64,000 nt of DNA, taken from NCBI GenBank assembly GCA_002479455.1, contig DLNB01000045.1:141-64140 (forward strand). Reading direction: 5' to 3'. How positions within the stretch are numbered: position 1 is the stretch's first letter; every line of letters begins with the position of its first letter. A program made the position numbers and the translations under genes. Below, one piece after another: positions 8,812-18,125 of this stretch. The notes under the pieces are model-generated. The model did no database searches. It was given only the letters and a program-made list of their open reading frames with translations, and had not been told where the DNA came from. This DNA is from Acetothermia bacterium UBA7521. Its GTDB lineage: Bacteria; Bipolaricaulota; Bipolaricaulia; Bipolaricaulales; Bipolaricaulaceae.

Positions 8812-9657
8812 ATGGGCAGACGTTGGCCGTGCGCAGCAGGTACGTTCTACCCCGCCGATTCGCAGAGGCTTCATGACGAGGTCAAGGCGGCCTTGGGCGG
8901 GGACCATCGGGACCTCGTCCCCGCTCGGGATCTCACAGGCCCAGTGGGAGCCCTGCTCCCCCACGCTGGGTACCGCTACTCAGGCAGGGTAGCGGGAGCG
9001 GGATATCGGGCGCTCGCCACACTGGGACGGCCCGAGGCCGTGATCGTCCTCGGCACCAACCACACCGGCCTCGGCGGGCCGATCACGGTGGGGGAGCCTG
9101 GAACCTGGGACACGCCGCTCGGCGAGTTCTCGGTCCCTGCCGACCTCAGCGGTCGCGTCGCCGAAGCCCTATCCGCCGACCTGTCGGACCTCCCGTTTGC
9201 TGACGAGCACTCGGTCGAGGTTCAGCTGCCGTTCCTGCGCCACCTGTTCGGACCGGTGCCCGTTGTCCCGGTCGTGGTCCAGCACCTGGGCCCTGAGCAC
9301 GCCGCGGTCGTCGGCACCGCGCTCGGAAAGCTCGTCGCCGGCCGTCCGGTGGCGCTCCTCGCGTCGAGCGACCTCACCCATTACGAACCGGACGAGACGG
9401 CACGCGAGAAGGACCGCCGCGCTCTCGCCGCGATCTTGAACCTGGATGTGGACGGGTTCTACGCGACTGTGATCCGATACCAGATCTCGATCTGCGGTGT
9501 GGGAGCGATCGCGCTTCTCCTCGCTGCGGCACGGGAGGCGGGGCTGTTTGGGGCCGAGCTGCTCGACTACCGCACCTCGGGTGAGGTAGCGGGGCACCTC
9601 GAGCAGGTGGTGGGGTATGCCGCGGTCCTGTTCAGGCAGGTGGACGACGTTGCGTAG
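8812..9657 (+). CDS. MEMO1-family protein (AmmeMemoRadiSam system protein B-like)
   Basis: The start is taken at ATG 8812 because the upstream part of the 332-aa ORF is antisense to tRNA-Gln. The sequence MGRRWPCAAGTFYPADSQRLHDEV...LLPHAGYRYSG...GTNHTG...ADEHSVEVQLPFL...SSDLTHY is the Memo-type pattern. Confidence 0.85.
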   Translation: MGRRWPCAAGTFYPADSQRLHDEVKAALGGDHRDLVPARDLTGPVGALLPHAGYRYSGRVAGAGYRALATLGRPEAVIVLGTNHTGLGGPITVGEPGTWDTPLGEFSVPADLSGRVAEALSADLSDLPFADEHSVEVQLPFLRHLFGPVPVVPVVVQHLGPEHAAVVGTALGKLVAGRPVALLASSDLTHYEPDETAREKDRRALAAILNLDVDGFYATVIRYQISICGVGAIALLLAAAREAGLFGAELLDYRTSGEVAGHLEQVVGYAAVLFRQVDDVA

Positions 9658-9658
9658 C

Positions 9659-10501
9659 ATGACGGGGTTCGGCCGAGCACGGGCTGCGATTGGACAGCAC
9701 GCTGTCCAGGTGGACCTGCGCAGCCTCAACCACCGCTTTCTTGAAGCCCGGGTGCGGGGGCTTGCCGAGTTTCCCCTCCTTGCCCAGCGCTGCGAGGAGC
9801 GGTTGCGAGAGGCATTCGTGCGTGGCTCCCTTGACCTCTACGTACGTTGGGAAGCCGGCAACCGGCCCAAGCGGCTCGGGCTCGACTCCGCCCAGCAGTA
9901 CCTCCGCGATCTGACCCAGCTTCAGAGGGAACTGGGCCTTCCCGACCCGCCGTCGCTGGCCCACCTTCTCACCCTCGGCGTGTTCGCTGAGGCAGCCCCA
10001 GAAGAGGAGGATGTGGGGCCGATCCTAGAACAGGCTCTCACCGAGGCGATGGGGGCCGTGGTCGCTGCACGGGAGAAGGAGGGGGCATCGCTGCGGGCGG
10101 CCCTGGCCCGTGAGGCCGATCAGCTCCGCGCGGCGGTCGCGGAGGCCGAGCGGCTGGCCCCGCACGCCCTCGACGACGCACGGGCCCGAATTGCTTCACG
10201 GATTGAAGAGCTGAAGGTCGAGGCTGATCCGGTACGGATCGCGACCGAACTCGTCCTGTGGGCGGAGCGGAGTGATGTCCAGGAGGAGTTGGACAGGCTG
10301 ACGAGCCACCTCGGCCGGTTCACGGAACTCCTCGGCGCTGTGGTTCCAGTGGGGCGAGAGCTGGATTTCCTCGCCCAGGAGATGGGGCGCGAGGCGGGAA
10401 CGCTGTCTGCCAAGGCCCGATCGGCGGACCTGGCTCAGGTGGCGGGGATGATCCGACTTACGGTGGATCGGATCCGGGAACAGGCCCGGAACGTCGAATG
10501 A
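9659..10501 (+). CDS. yicC: YicC-family stress-induced protein
   Basis: MTGFGRA...SLNHRFLE... N-terminus and ...EELDRL.SH...GREL.FL.QEM.RE..T...K C-terminus are typical of YicC. The classic yicC-gmk adjacency is present. Confidence 0.85.
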   Translation: MTGFGRARAAIGQHAVQVDLRSLNHRFLEARVRGLAEFPLLAQRCEERLREAFVRGSLDLYVRWEAGNRPKRLGLDSAQQYLRDLTQLQRELGLPDPPSLAHLLTLGVFAEAAPEEEDVGPILEQALTEAMGAVVAAREKEGASLRAALAREADQLRAAVAEAERLAPHALDDARARIASRIEELKVEADPVRIATELVLWAERSDVQEELDRLTSHLGRFTELLGAVVPVGRELDFLAQEMGREAGTLSAKARSADLAQVAGMIRLTVDRIREQARNVE

Positions 10502-11121
10502 AGGACTTCCTTCCGGAAGGCTGGACGGTGCAGGAAGGGCACGGAATCGCTCTCGTGATCGCGGGCCCGTCCGGCGCCGGGAAGTCGTCGGTTATCGCGG
10601 AGATCCTTCGTCGGGATCCCGGCCTCGCGTTCTCCGTGTCCGCCACCACCCGCCCCCGCCGCCCCGACGAGGTGGATGGCCGCGACTACCACTTCGTATC
10701 CGATGCAGAGTTCAGCCGGATGATCGAGGCCGCGGCTCTCCTCGAGTGGGCCGCGTACGGCGGGCACCGGTACGGCACGCCCCGCAGGGAGGTCACAGCG
10801 CGCCTTATCGCAGGTCGGGACGTGGTCATCAACGTCGAGGTTCAGGGCGCGCTCGCCCTCCGTCGCGCTGATCTCCCTCACCCGGTGGTCCTCGTGTTCC
10901 TCGTCCCCCCGAGCCGCGACGAACTGGTGCGCCGCATCCGCGGCCGCGGCACGGAAACGGGCGCGACGCTCGCCGCCCGGTTGGCAATCGCTGACGAGGA
11001 GGTACGCCACATCCCGGAGTTCGACTACCTCGTGGTGAACGACGTGCTCGATCGAGCGGTAGCGAGGGTGGAGGCGATCCTCGCCGCAGAGAGATCTCGC
11101 CTCCGGCGATGCTCGCTCTAG
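10498..11121 (+). CDS. gmk: guanylate kinase
   Basis: P-loop AGPSGAGKSS, then SVSATTRPRRPDEVDGRDYHFVS. ATGA overlap with yicC. Confidence 0.9.
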   Translation: MKDFLPEGWTVQEGHGIALVIAGPSGAGKSSVIAEILRRDPGLAFSVSATTRPRRPDEVDGRDYHFVSDAEFSRMIEAAALLEWAAYGGHRYGTPRREVTARLIAGRDVVINVEVQGALALRRADLPHPVVLVFLVPPSRDELVRRIRGRGTETGATLAARLAIADEEVRHIPEFDYLVVNDVLDRAVARVEAILAAERSRLRRCSL

Positions 11122-11483
11122 GCGTGGACCTCGTCGAGGTCGCCCGCATCTCCGCCCTCGTCGAGCGCAAAGGTATGGAGCGATTGCGGCGTCTGTTCAC
11201 CGAGGCCGAGCTCGCCTACGCACGCTCCTCTCCTCCGCTCGCCGCCCAACGGCTGGCGGCCCGGTTCGCGGCGAAAGAGGCGTTCTGCAAAGCGATCGGC
11301 CGCGCTGTTCCGTTCCGCGAGATCGAGCTCGTCACGAAAGGGAAACGGCCCTGCCTCGCCTGGCATGGCCGTTTCTACCCCGTATCTCTGACCCACACCG
11401 CGTGCTACGCGGCAGCGGTCGTGGCGCTCGAATCTACTCCGTCTCCTCTTCGGTCAGACCCTTCAGCCGCTCCCGCAACGTGA
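11109..11483 (+). CDS. acpS: holo-[acyl-carrier-protein] synthase
   Basis: MLALGVDLVEVARI...FAAKEAFCKA...SLTHT matches the AcpS pattern. The last ~17 codons overlap the 3' end of convergent rpsA. Confidence 0.8.
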   Translation: MLALGVDLVEVARISALVERKGMERLRRLFTEAELAYARSSPPLAAQRLAARFAAKEAFCKAIGRAVPFREIELVTKGKRPCLAWHGRFYPVSLTHTACYAAAVVALESTPSPLRSDPSAAPAT

Positions 11484-13110
11484 ACGTCTCGCGCCCGGCC
11501 TGAGGGGTGAGGAACCGATCCTTCTCCACGTCCTCGACATCCTCGGAGATCTTCTTGATCGAGAGGCGCACCTGGCGCTTGGACTCGTTGATTCCGATGA
11601 TCTTCGCCGATACCTCTTCCCCCAACCGGAGCGCTTCGGAGGGGCTGGCGATACGGTCGGGCGAGATCTCCGACACGTGGATTAGTCCCTCCACCGCCGG
11701 GGTGATGCGGACGAACGCCCCGAAGTCCTTGATCTGGGTAATGGGACCCGACACGACCGAACCCACGGAGTACTGCTCGAGAAACTCCTCCCACGGATCC
11801 TGCTGCAGCGCGCGCAACGAGAGACTGATCCGTCGTTCCTCTTCATCCACCTTGAGCACGATCGCCCGAACGCTCTGCCCGGGTTCGAGGACCTCCTTGG
11901 GGTGTCCCACCCGTTGCCAGGAGATCTCCGAAATATGGATGAGGCCCTCCACGCCCTGCTCGAGCTCCACGAACGCCCCGAAGTCGGTGATGTTCGTGAC
12001 CTTACCCTCCACGAGCGCGCCCCGCGGGTAGCGGTGCCCGACGTCGTCCCACGGATCGGGCAGAGCCCGGCGCAGGGACAGGCTGATCCGCTTCCGATCC
12101 GCGTCCACGGTGAGGATCACCACTTCCACCTCGTCGCCCTCGCTCACCACGTCCTTGGGATGTTTCGGGGTGGTCCAGGAGAGCTCCGAGATGTGGATGA
12201 GCCCCTCCACGTCCTCTTCGAGCTCGACAAACGCGCCGAAATCAGTCACAGAGACGACCTTGCCCTTGATCCGCGCTTTCGAGGGATAGCGCTCGACGAT
12301 CCCCTGCCACGGATCGGGGCGCAACCGCTTCATGGACAGGGAGATCCGCCCCTCCTCTCGATCCGCCTCGAGCACCATCACCTGGACCTTCTGACCGGGT
12401 TCGAACTTCTCAGGAGGCGGTACGGGGACGTCTTTCCAACAGATCTCGGTACGATGGACAAGGCCGTCGTGCCCTCCCACGTCCACGAATACCCCGAAGT
12501 CCACCACGCTTTTCACCATCCCCTCGACCACGGTTCCCGGAGTGAGGGTGGCGAACAACGCGTCACGCTCCTTCTCCTCCAACTCCTTCAGGAACTCGCG
12601 GCGGGAGACGACGATGTTCCGGTTGCGACGGGAGAACTCGATGATCCGGAACTCGAGGTCCTTGCCCTTCAATCGATCGATCTTGGTGGAGATGCCCTTC
12701 CCGAGATGAGAGGCAGGAAGGAAGGCGCGAATGCCGCCCAGGCTGACGTTGTACCCCGCCTCCCCGACCTCGTCGAGGATCACACCCGGGACGGAGGCGC
12801 CCATCTTGTAGGCCCGTTCCAGTTCGCCGTAGCGCTTCGCGAAGTAGGCCTGCCGCTCGGAGATGAACACTGTACCGTTCTCCTCATCGATGTAGGTGAT
12901 GAGAACGTCGATCTCTTCTCCCGGCTGAGCCACTTCACGATGGGGGGCAAGCTCGCGTTTGGGGAGGACGGCCTCGGACTTGTACCCGATGTCCACAAGG
13001 ATGTCCTGACCTGCTTCTTGAACCACACGGCCTCGCACCGTGTCCCCGCGGCTGAACAGCCGCACGTCGCTCTCATCGAGCGCCTCTTCCATCTCGATCC
13101 ACTCCACCAT
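11434..13110 (-). CDS. rpsA: 30S ribosomal protein S1
   Basis: Repeated S1 domains (G.VV.G.V....DFGAFV.L..GVEGLIHISE) occur at least four times. The start is taken at ATG 13110 with AGAGGTGG upstream. Confidence 0.9.
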   Translation of the reverse strand: MVEWIEMEEALDESDVRLFSRGDTVRGRVVQEAGQDILVDIGYKSEAVLPKRELAPHREVAQPGEEIDVLITYIDEENGTVFISERQAYFAKRYGELERAYKMGASVPGVILDEVGEAGYNVSLGGIRAFLPASHLGKGISTKIDRLKGKDLEFRIIEFSRRNRNIVVSRREFLKELEEKERDALFATLTPGTVVEGMVKSVVDFGVFVDVGGHDGLVHRTEICWKDVPVPPPEKFEPGQKVQVMVLEADREEGRISLSMKRLRPDPWQGIVERYPSKARIKGKVVSVTDFGAFVELEEDVEGLIHISELSWTTPKHPKDVVSEGDEVEVVILTVDADRKRISLSLRRALPDPWDDVGHRYPRGALVEGKVTNITDFGAFVELEQGVEGLIHISEISWQRVGHPKEVLEPGQSVRAIVLKVDEEERRISLSLRALQQDPWEEFLEQYSVGSVVSGPITQIKDFGAFVRITPAVEGLIHVSEISPDRIASPSEALRLGEEVSAKIIGINESKRQVRLSIKKISEDVEDVEKDRFLTPQAGRETFTLRERLKGLTEEETE

Positions 13111-13226
13111 ACCGAAACCACCTCTGTTGGTTTCCCCGTTTTCGGGCCCGCGACAATGCGAGTCACACGGCGAACCCCGCGTGGGCAAACACGAGGATCT
13201 TATCCCCGCCCTAGGGGAGGCTCAAA

Positions 13227-13865
13227 TCACGCCGCGTGGATGAGGCCCATCAGCCGCTCGGTGAGAACGCGGTGACGATCGGAACGGGGCAGATCGGCGG
13301 AGAGCCCGCGGCCTAGTTCCGCCACCGTGATGGGAGAACCGATCCGAACCTCGATCCGGGGGAACCGCACCGGGATCCGCAGGAAGCGCTGCGGCGGGTA
13401 CGGGCCGCGGGCGACGATGTTCACCGGAATGAGGGGGCGATCCAGCCGATCGGCGAACCTGACGGCTCCCGGTTTCGGCTCCGCGCCAGGCCGGGTTGTT
13501 CCCTCGGGGAAGATGCCCAGGAAGCGTGCTCGTTTGGCTACCGCGAGGGCCCGGCGGAAGTCGGCGATCCCGAACGCCTCACGGTCAATGGGCACAGCAA
13601 ACAGCCGCACGAGTGGCCCCAAGACCGGGTTCCGGAGGAGCCCGTGCCGAGCTAGGAAGGTGATCCGTCGGAACGGACCACAGGCAGCACCGAGAAGGGC
13701 CGTGTCCCAGTACGAACGATGAGCGGCAACGAGCACTCCGCCTCCACGTAGGTGATGACGTCCGCTCACCGACAGCCGGAACAGGACCACGACAATCGGC
13801 CAGCAGAAGCCTACGAAACACCCGTACGCGACGTCGCGAAAGCGATCAGCGAGAAGAGTGCGCAC
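13227..13865 (-). CDS. plsC: 1-acyl-sn-glycerol-3-phosphate acyltransferase
   Basis: HX4D motif AAHRSYWD and FPEGTTR motif. cmk-plsC-rpsA neighbourhood. Confidence 0.8.
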   Translation of the reverse strand: MRTLLADRFRDVAYGCFVGFCWPIVVVLFRLSVSGRHHLRGGGVLVAAHRSYWDTALLGAACGPFRRITFLARHGLLRNPVLGPLVRLFAVPIDREAFGIADFRRALAVAKRARFLGIFPEGTTRPGAEPKPGAVRFADRLDRPLIPVNIVARGPYPPQRFLRIPVRFPRIEVRIGSPITVAELGRGLSADLPRSDRHRVLTERLMGLIHAA

Positions 13866-14463
13866 GGCGCTCCGCCACGAGGTTCAGCACAGACATGAGA
13901 ACTTCGGCAGGATCCTTCCCGGTCGTGTCCACGACCACCGCGTCCGAAGCCTCACGCAAGGGCGAGTCAGGCCGGGTAGAGTCGCGCTCATCCCGCCGTC
14001 GAATGCCAGCCAGGATCTCCCGCAATTCCCCACGCTGCTCCTCGTGCCGCCGTCGGGCCCGCTCCTCTTCCGTCGCCCAGAGGTAGATCTTCAGCTCAGC
14101 GTCGGGGAGGACCACCGTGCCGATGTCCCGCCCCTCCATCACCACGCTCCCGTTCGCGGCGATGCGCCGTTGGATCTCCACCAGGCGCCGTCGAACGCGG
14201 CTGTCCACAGCCACCCGCGACGACAGCTCATCGAGGTCAGGACGGGACAGCACATCCGTCACGTCCTCTCCGCAGAGAGAGACCCGCCCCCCCCCTTCCA
14301 CGGAGATCTCCATCGATTCCAATGGGATCTGGCGCTGGCGGGCAAGGGCCGCCGCACGGTACATCGCCCCGGTGGGGACGAACAGGTACCCGAGGGCCTC
14401 GGCGAGGGAACGGGCAAGGGTCGTCTTTCCTGCCGCCGCCGGCCCGTCGATGGCGATCCTCAT
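13846..14463 (-). CDS. cmk: cytidylate kinase
   Basis: MRIAIDGPAAAGKTT P-loop, then GAMYRA...GRDIGTVV. Confidence 0.9.
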   Translation of the reverse strand: MRIAIDGPAAAGKTTLARSLAEALGYLFVPTGAMYRAAALARQRQIPLESMEISVEGGGRVSLCGEDVTDVLSRPDLDELSSRVAVDSRVRRRLVEIQRRIAANGSVVMEGRDIGTVVLPDAELKIYLWATEEERARRRHEEQRGELREILAGIRRRDERDSTRPDSPLREASDAVVVDTTGKDPAEVLMSVLNLVAERRAHSSR

Positions 14464-15305
14464 CGCTGGATACGGTATCCCCAGGCACTTGGCGATGCAA
14501 CGAAGATCTCTCCCGTGAATCGGGAGCGAAGCCGGTCGGCTGCGTCCTCGGCCTCAACGCGGGAGGGGAACGGAGCGAATAGGGCTGATCCAGAACCAGT
14601 CATCGCCACCACCCCCGGGGCCACATTGGAGAGGAGGTCGCGGACTCGGCGGAGCTCGGGGTAGAGGTGGACTGCCGCCGACCACAAGTCGTTCGTGAAG
14701 GTCATGTTTTCCCGAGCAGACCCACCGAGCCAAGGAGGGGAGAGCGGAAGACGTAGACCGTCGAACGCTCGGTACACCTCCGGCGTTGGGCAACGGAAGC
14801 GCGGGACGAGGACGAGGAACGCGGCGGGGAGCGCGACGTCAACCGGGGTGATCTTCTCCCCAATCCCTTCGATCCACGCCGGGCTGGGTCCCAAGAAGAA
14901 CGGAACGTCGGCCCCGAGGCCCGCCCCAATCCCCTGGAGCTCGCTGAGCGACTTGCCCAAAGAGAAAAGCTCGTTCAGTCCGGCAAGCACCGCCGCAGCG
15001 TCGGAGCTCCCCCCTCCGAGGCCGGCTCCGGCAGGGATCTCCTTCTCCAGTTCGATCCTCACCCCCGGTCGATCCCCAAGCAGGAGGGCCCGCGCGGCGC
15101 GGAGGGCGAGGTTGCGCTCCGGAGGCCCGAGGCCGGCCGGGGCGACGAGTGCGATCCCCTGTTCTGCTGGGGTGAGCGTGATCCGGTCCGCGAGGTCCAC
15201 CGCCGTGACGAGGGACTGGAGTTCGTGGTAGCCATCGGCCCGTCGGCCGACCATCCGCAAGGTCAGGTTGAGCTTGGCGTAGGCGTAGACCCGTAGGTTG
15301 TCCAT
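14460..15305 (-). CDS. ispE: 4-(cytidine 5'-diphospho)-2-C-methyl-D-erythritol kinase
   Basis: AKLNLTLRMVGRRADGYHEL... and the GHMP-kinase motif IPAGAGLGGGSSDAAA. Confidence 0.9.
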   Translation of the reverse strand: MDNLRVYAYAKLNLTLRMVGRRADGYHELQSLVTAVDLADRITLTPAEQGIALVAPAGLGPPERNLALRAARALLLGDRPGVRIELEKEIPAGAGLGGGSSDAAAVLAGLNELFSLGKSLSELQGIGAGLGADVPFFLGPSPAWIEGIGEKITPVDVALPAAFLVLVPRFRCPTPEVYRAFDGLRLPLSPPWLGGSARENMTFTNDLWSAAVHLYPELRRVRDLLSNVAPGVVAMTGSGSALFAPFPSRVEAEDAADRLRSRFTGEIFVASPSAWGYRIQR

Positions 15306-16562
15306 CTACCCAGAGCGATCGTTCTTCCCCTCTCCTCCCCGTGGGAGAGAGAACGGGTGAGGGGGGAGGACAACTCCTCCCCGCACCACCGCCCAGGCGA
15401 GATTCCCCCCGATCCAGTACGGAATCTCCTCGTAGGTGCGAGCGTCCCACGCCACGAGGTCGGCCCGTTTCCCGGGTTCCAGGGACCCGACCTCGTCTTC
15501 CAGTCCCACTGCCGCGGCGGCGTTGAGGGTTGTCCCGATGAGAACCTCCGCAGGGCTCATCCCCAGCTTGAGGATGGCAAGCGACATCGCCAGCGGCAGC
15601 GACGCGACCGGCGACGAGCCGGGGTTGAAGTCCGTCCCCAGGGCCACGGGCACCCCGGCCGAGATGAGATCGCGCAGCGGGGGGAACAGCTCGCCGAGGA
15701 CGAACGCCGTCCCCGGGAGGAGCACCGCCACCGTGCCCCCCTGGGCCAAGGCGCGGATCCCCGCCTCCGAGACGTGGAGGAGGTGCTCGGCGGACGTGGC
15801 GGAGAGATCGCCGGCGAGCTCGGCTCCACCCACATGGACAAGCTCGTCGGCGTGGACCTTCAGCCCGAGCCCGGCACCCCCTGCCGCGGTGAGGATCGCC
15901 CGCGCTTCATCCGCGGTGTAGAAGCCCCGGTCGCAGAACACGTCGCAGAACCGGGCCAGGCCGTCCCGCGCCACGGCAGGGATCATCTCCTCGACGAGGA
16001 GGCGCACGTACGCGTCCCGGGGGACCTCGGGGGGGAAGGCGTGAGCGCCCATGAACGTCGGGACGAGCGTCAGCGGGAGTTCGTCATCGAGCCGTCGCAC
16101 CACGCGGAGCATCTTGGCCTCGTCGGCAAGGGTCAGCCCGTACCCGGATTTGACCTCCACCGTGGTGACCCCCTGGGCGAGCATGCGGAGGAGCCTGGGG
16201 CGGGCAAGTTGCACCAGCTCGTCCTCGTCCGCCTCGCGCGTGGCGCGGACGGTGGTGAGGATCCCGCCGCCTGTGTACCTTTCCCCCCGCGCCCGGGCGA
16301 GGAACTCCTGGACCCGGGAGCCCGCGAACACGGCGTGGGTGTGGGGATCCACAAGCCCGGGAGTCACACACCGGCCCTCCACATCTAGGGCTGGGCCAAG
16401 GAACCGAGGCCTGCGCCCCTCTCCCACATCGGTGATCCGCCCATCTCTGACGACCACATACGCGTCCCGAAGCACGGTCAGCTCGCCCTGGGCCGCGCCC
16501 CGCCGCGGCTCCTGGCCGAGCGGGGTGGCGAGCTGGCCGATCCCGTACACGAGGAGGTTCAT
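15306..16562 (-). CDS. hutI: imidazolonepropionase
   Basis: Amidohydrolase-fold motifs PGLVDPHTH, KVHADE and GTDFNPGS. It is divergent from hutH. Confidence 0.9.
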   Translation of the reverse strand: MNLLVYGIGQLATPLGQEPRRGAAQGELTVLRDAYVVVRDGRITDVGEGRRPRFLGPALDVEGRCVTPGLVDPHTHAVFAGSRVQEFLARARGERYTGGGILTTVRATREADEDELVQLARPRLLRMLAQGVTTVEVKSGYGLTLADEAKMLRVVRRLDDELPLTLVPTFMGAHAFPPEVPRDAYVRLLVEEMIPAVARDGLARFCDVFCDRGFYTADEARAILTAAGGAGLGLKVHADELVHVGGAELAGDLSATSAEHLLHVSEAGIRALAQGGTVAVLLPGTAFVLGELFPPLRDLISAGVPVALGTDFNPGSSPVASLPLAMSLAILKLGMSPAEVLIGTTLNAAAAVGLEDEVGSLEPGKRADLVAWDARTYEEIPYWIGGNLAWAVVRGGVVLPPHPFSLPRGGEGKNDRSG

Positions 16563-16625
16563 GGAACGAGTATACCCACCGGGTCCGCTACCCTGCGCGA
16601 AACCCCGCGGCTATACTGGGCTGCC

Positions 16626-18125
16626 GTGATCGAGCTCGATGGGCATCTCACGCCGACGGACGCAGAGGCGATCATCCTCGGGGGAACCCCCGTCGCCCTC
16701 GCCGCGTCCGCCCGGGCCAAGGTCGAAGCCTCGCACAAGGCGCTCCAGGCGATCCTCGCCCGTAGCGAACCCGTATACGGCGTGAACACCGGGTTCGGGG
16801 CCCTGTCTACGGTGCGCATTCCCGAGACGGACCTGGTCCAACTCCAGAGGAACATTGTCCTCTCCCACGCCACCGGGGTCGGCGCTCCCCTTCCCGACGC
16901 GATCGTGGGGGGGATGCTCCTGTTTCGCTTGAACTCGTTCCTGCAAGGCGCAAGCGGAGTCCGACCGGAAGTCGTAGACCACCTGGTGGGGATGCTCAAC
17001 GCCGGGGTGTGTCCGCTGATCCCCGAGCAAGGTTCGGTGGGCTCGTCGGGCGACCTCGTGCCGCTGGCGCACCTCGCCCTTCCGCTGCTGGGGGAAGGCC
17101 GGGCCCGGTTCGGGGGCGAGGAGCTTCCCGGCGGAGAGGCCCTGCGCCGGGCGGGACTGACACCGCTGGCCGACTTGGCGCCGAAGGAAGGGCTCGCCCT
17201 CCTCAACGGAACCGCGTACATGCTCGCCTGCCTCTTTCTCGCCTGGCTCTGGGGATGGAGATCGCTCCAGACGGCGCTGGGGTTCGCCGCTCTCTCCTTT
17301 CAGGCCCTCCGTGGGCGGATGGAAGCCCTGGACGCACGCATCCACGCCCTACGCCCTCATCCTGGACAGGTCCAGGTCGCGGCGTGGCTGCGGGAGCTCC
17401 TCTCCGGCAGCGCGCTCACCGACTCGCACCAGGCCGATGTCCAGGATCCGTACTCGCTGCGCTGCCTCCCCCAGCTCCTCGGTCCGGTGGTCGAGACTCT
17501 GTGGGCGGTCGAGGGACGACTGCGGGTAGAGATGAACGCCGCCACGGACAACCCGCTCATCCTTCCCGAGGGGCGCGGAACCGCGCTCGCCGGGGGGAAT
17601 TTCCACGGGGAGATCCTCGCCTTCGCCGCGGAGTGGCTGGGGATCGCGCTCGCCGAGCTAGGGGCGTCCTGCGAGCGAAGGCTGAGCGTCCTCCTCACCG
17701 CGGAGGGGCGGGGCCTCCCGCCGTTCCTCTCCCCGGAACCCGGAACGGGCTCCGGCCTGATGCTCCTCCAGTACACGGCGGCCGCGCTCGCCGCGGAGAA
17801 CAAGGTCCTCGCCCACCCAGCAGCGGTGGACTCGATCCCCACTTCGGGAGGCAAGGAGGACCACAACGCGATGGGCGGCACATCGGCCTGGAAGACGCTC
17901 CGCATCGCGGAGAACGCTCTGTCTCAGGTTGCGTTGGAGGGCGTGGCGGCGCGGTGGGCGGTGGCCCTGGCCGGCGAAGAGGACCTGTCCCCGGCGAGTC
18001 GCCCCCTGTACAAGGCCCTGTGTGGGCTCGTACCGCCGCCGGGCGAGGACCGGTACCTCGGCGAGGAGATCGAGCGGGTCCGTCAGGCGATCCGGCAAGG
18101 AGGGCTGAACCACCATGAGCTATAG
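16626..18125 (+). CDS. hutH: histidine ammonia-lyase
   Basis: 499 aa with a GTG start. YGVNTGFG...GSVGSSGDLVPLAHL marks the MIO-forming region, here SSG instead of the usual ASG. Also ...NFHG.... Confidence 0.85.
   Translation: MIELDGHLTPTDAEAIILGGTPVALAASARAKVEASHKALQAILARSEPVYGVNTGFGALSTVRIPETDLVQLQRNIVLSHATGVGAPLPDAIVGGMLLFRLNSFLQGASGVRPEVVDHLVGMLNAGVCPLIPEQGSVGSSGDLVPLAHLALPLLGEGRARFGGEELPGGEALRRAGLTPLADLAPKEGLALLNGTAYMLACLFLAWLWGWRSLQTALGFAALSFQALRGRMEALDARIHALRPHPGQVQVAAWLRELLSGSALTDSHQADVQDPYSLRCLPQLLGPVVETLWAVEGRLRVEMNAATDNPLILPEGRGTALAGGNFHGEILAFAAEWLGIALAELGASCERRLSVLLTAEGRGLPPFLSPEPGTGSGLMLLQYTAAALAAENKVLAHPAAVDSIPTSGGKEDHNAMGGTSAWKTLRIAENALSQVALEGVAARWAVALAGEEDLSPASRPLYKALCGLVPPPGEDRYLGEEIERVRQAIRQGGLNHHEL

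Noticed and set aside
11434-11483. 50-nt convergent overlap of acpS and rpsA.
   Set aside because: It probably reflects a non-conserved C-terminal tail of the acpS ORF in GC-rich DNA. There is no evidence of a regulatory role.
16611-16628. TATACT box 9 nt upstream of the hutH GTG start as a third leaderless transcript.
   Set aside because: No acceptable -35 element is present, and leaderless translation normally needs AUG rather than GUG. The case is too weak to report.
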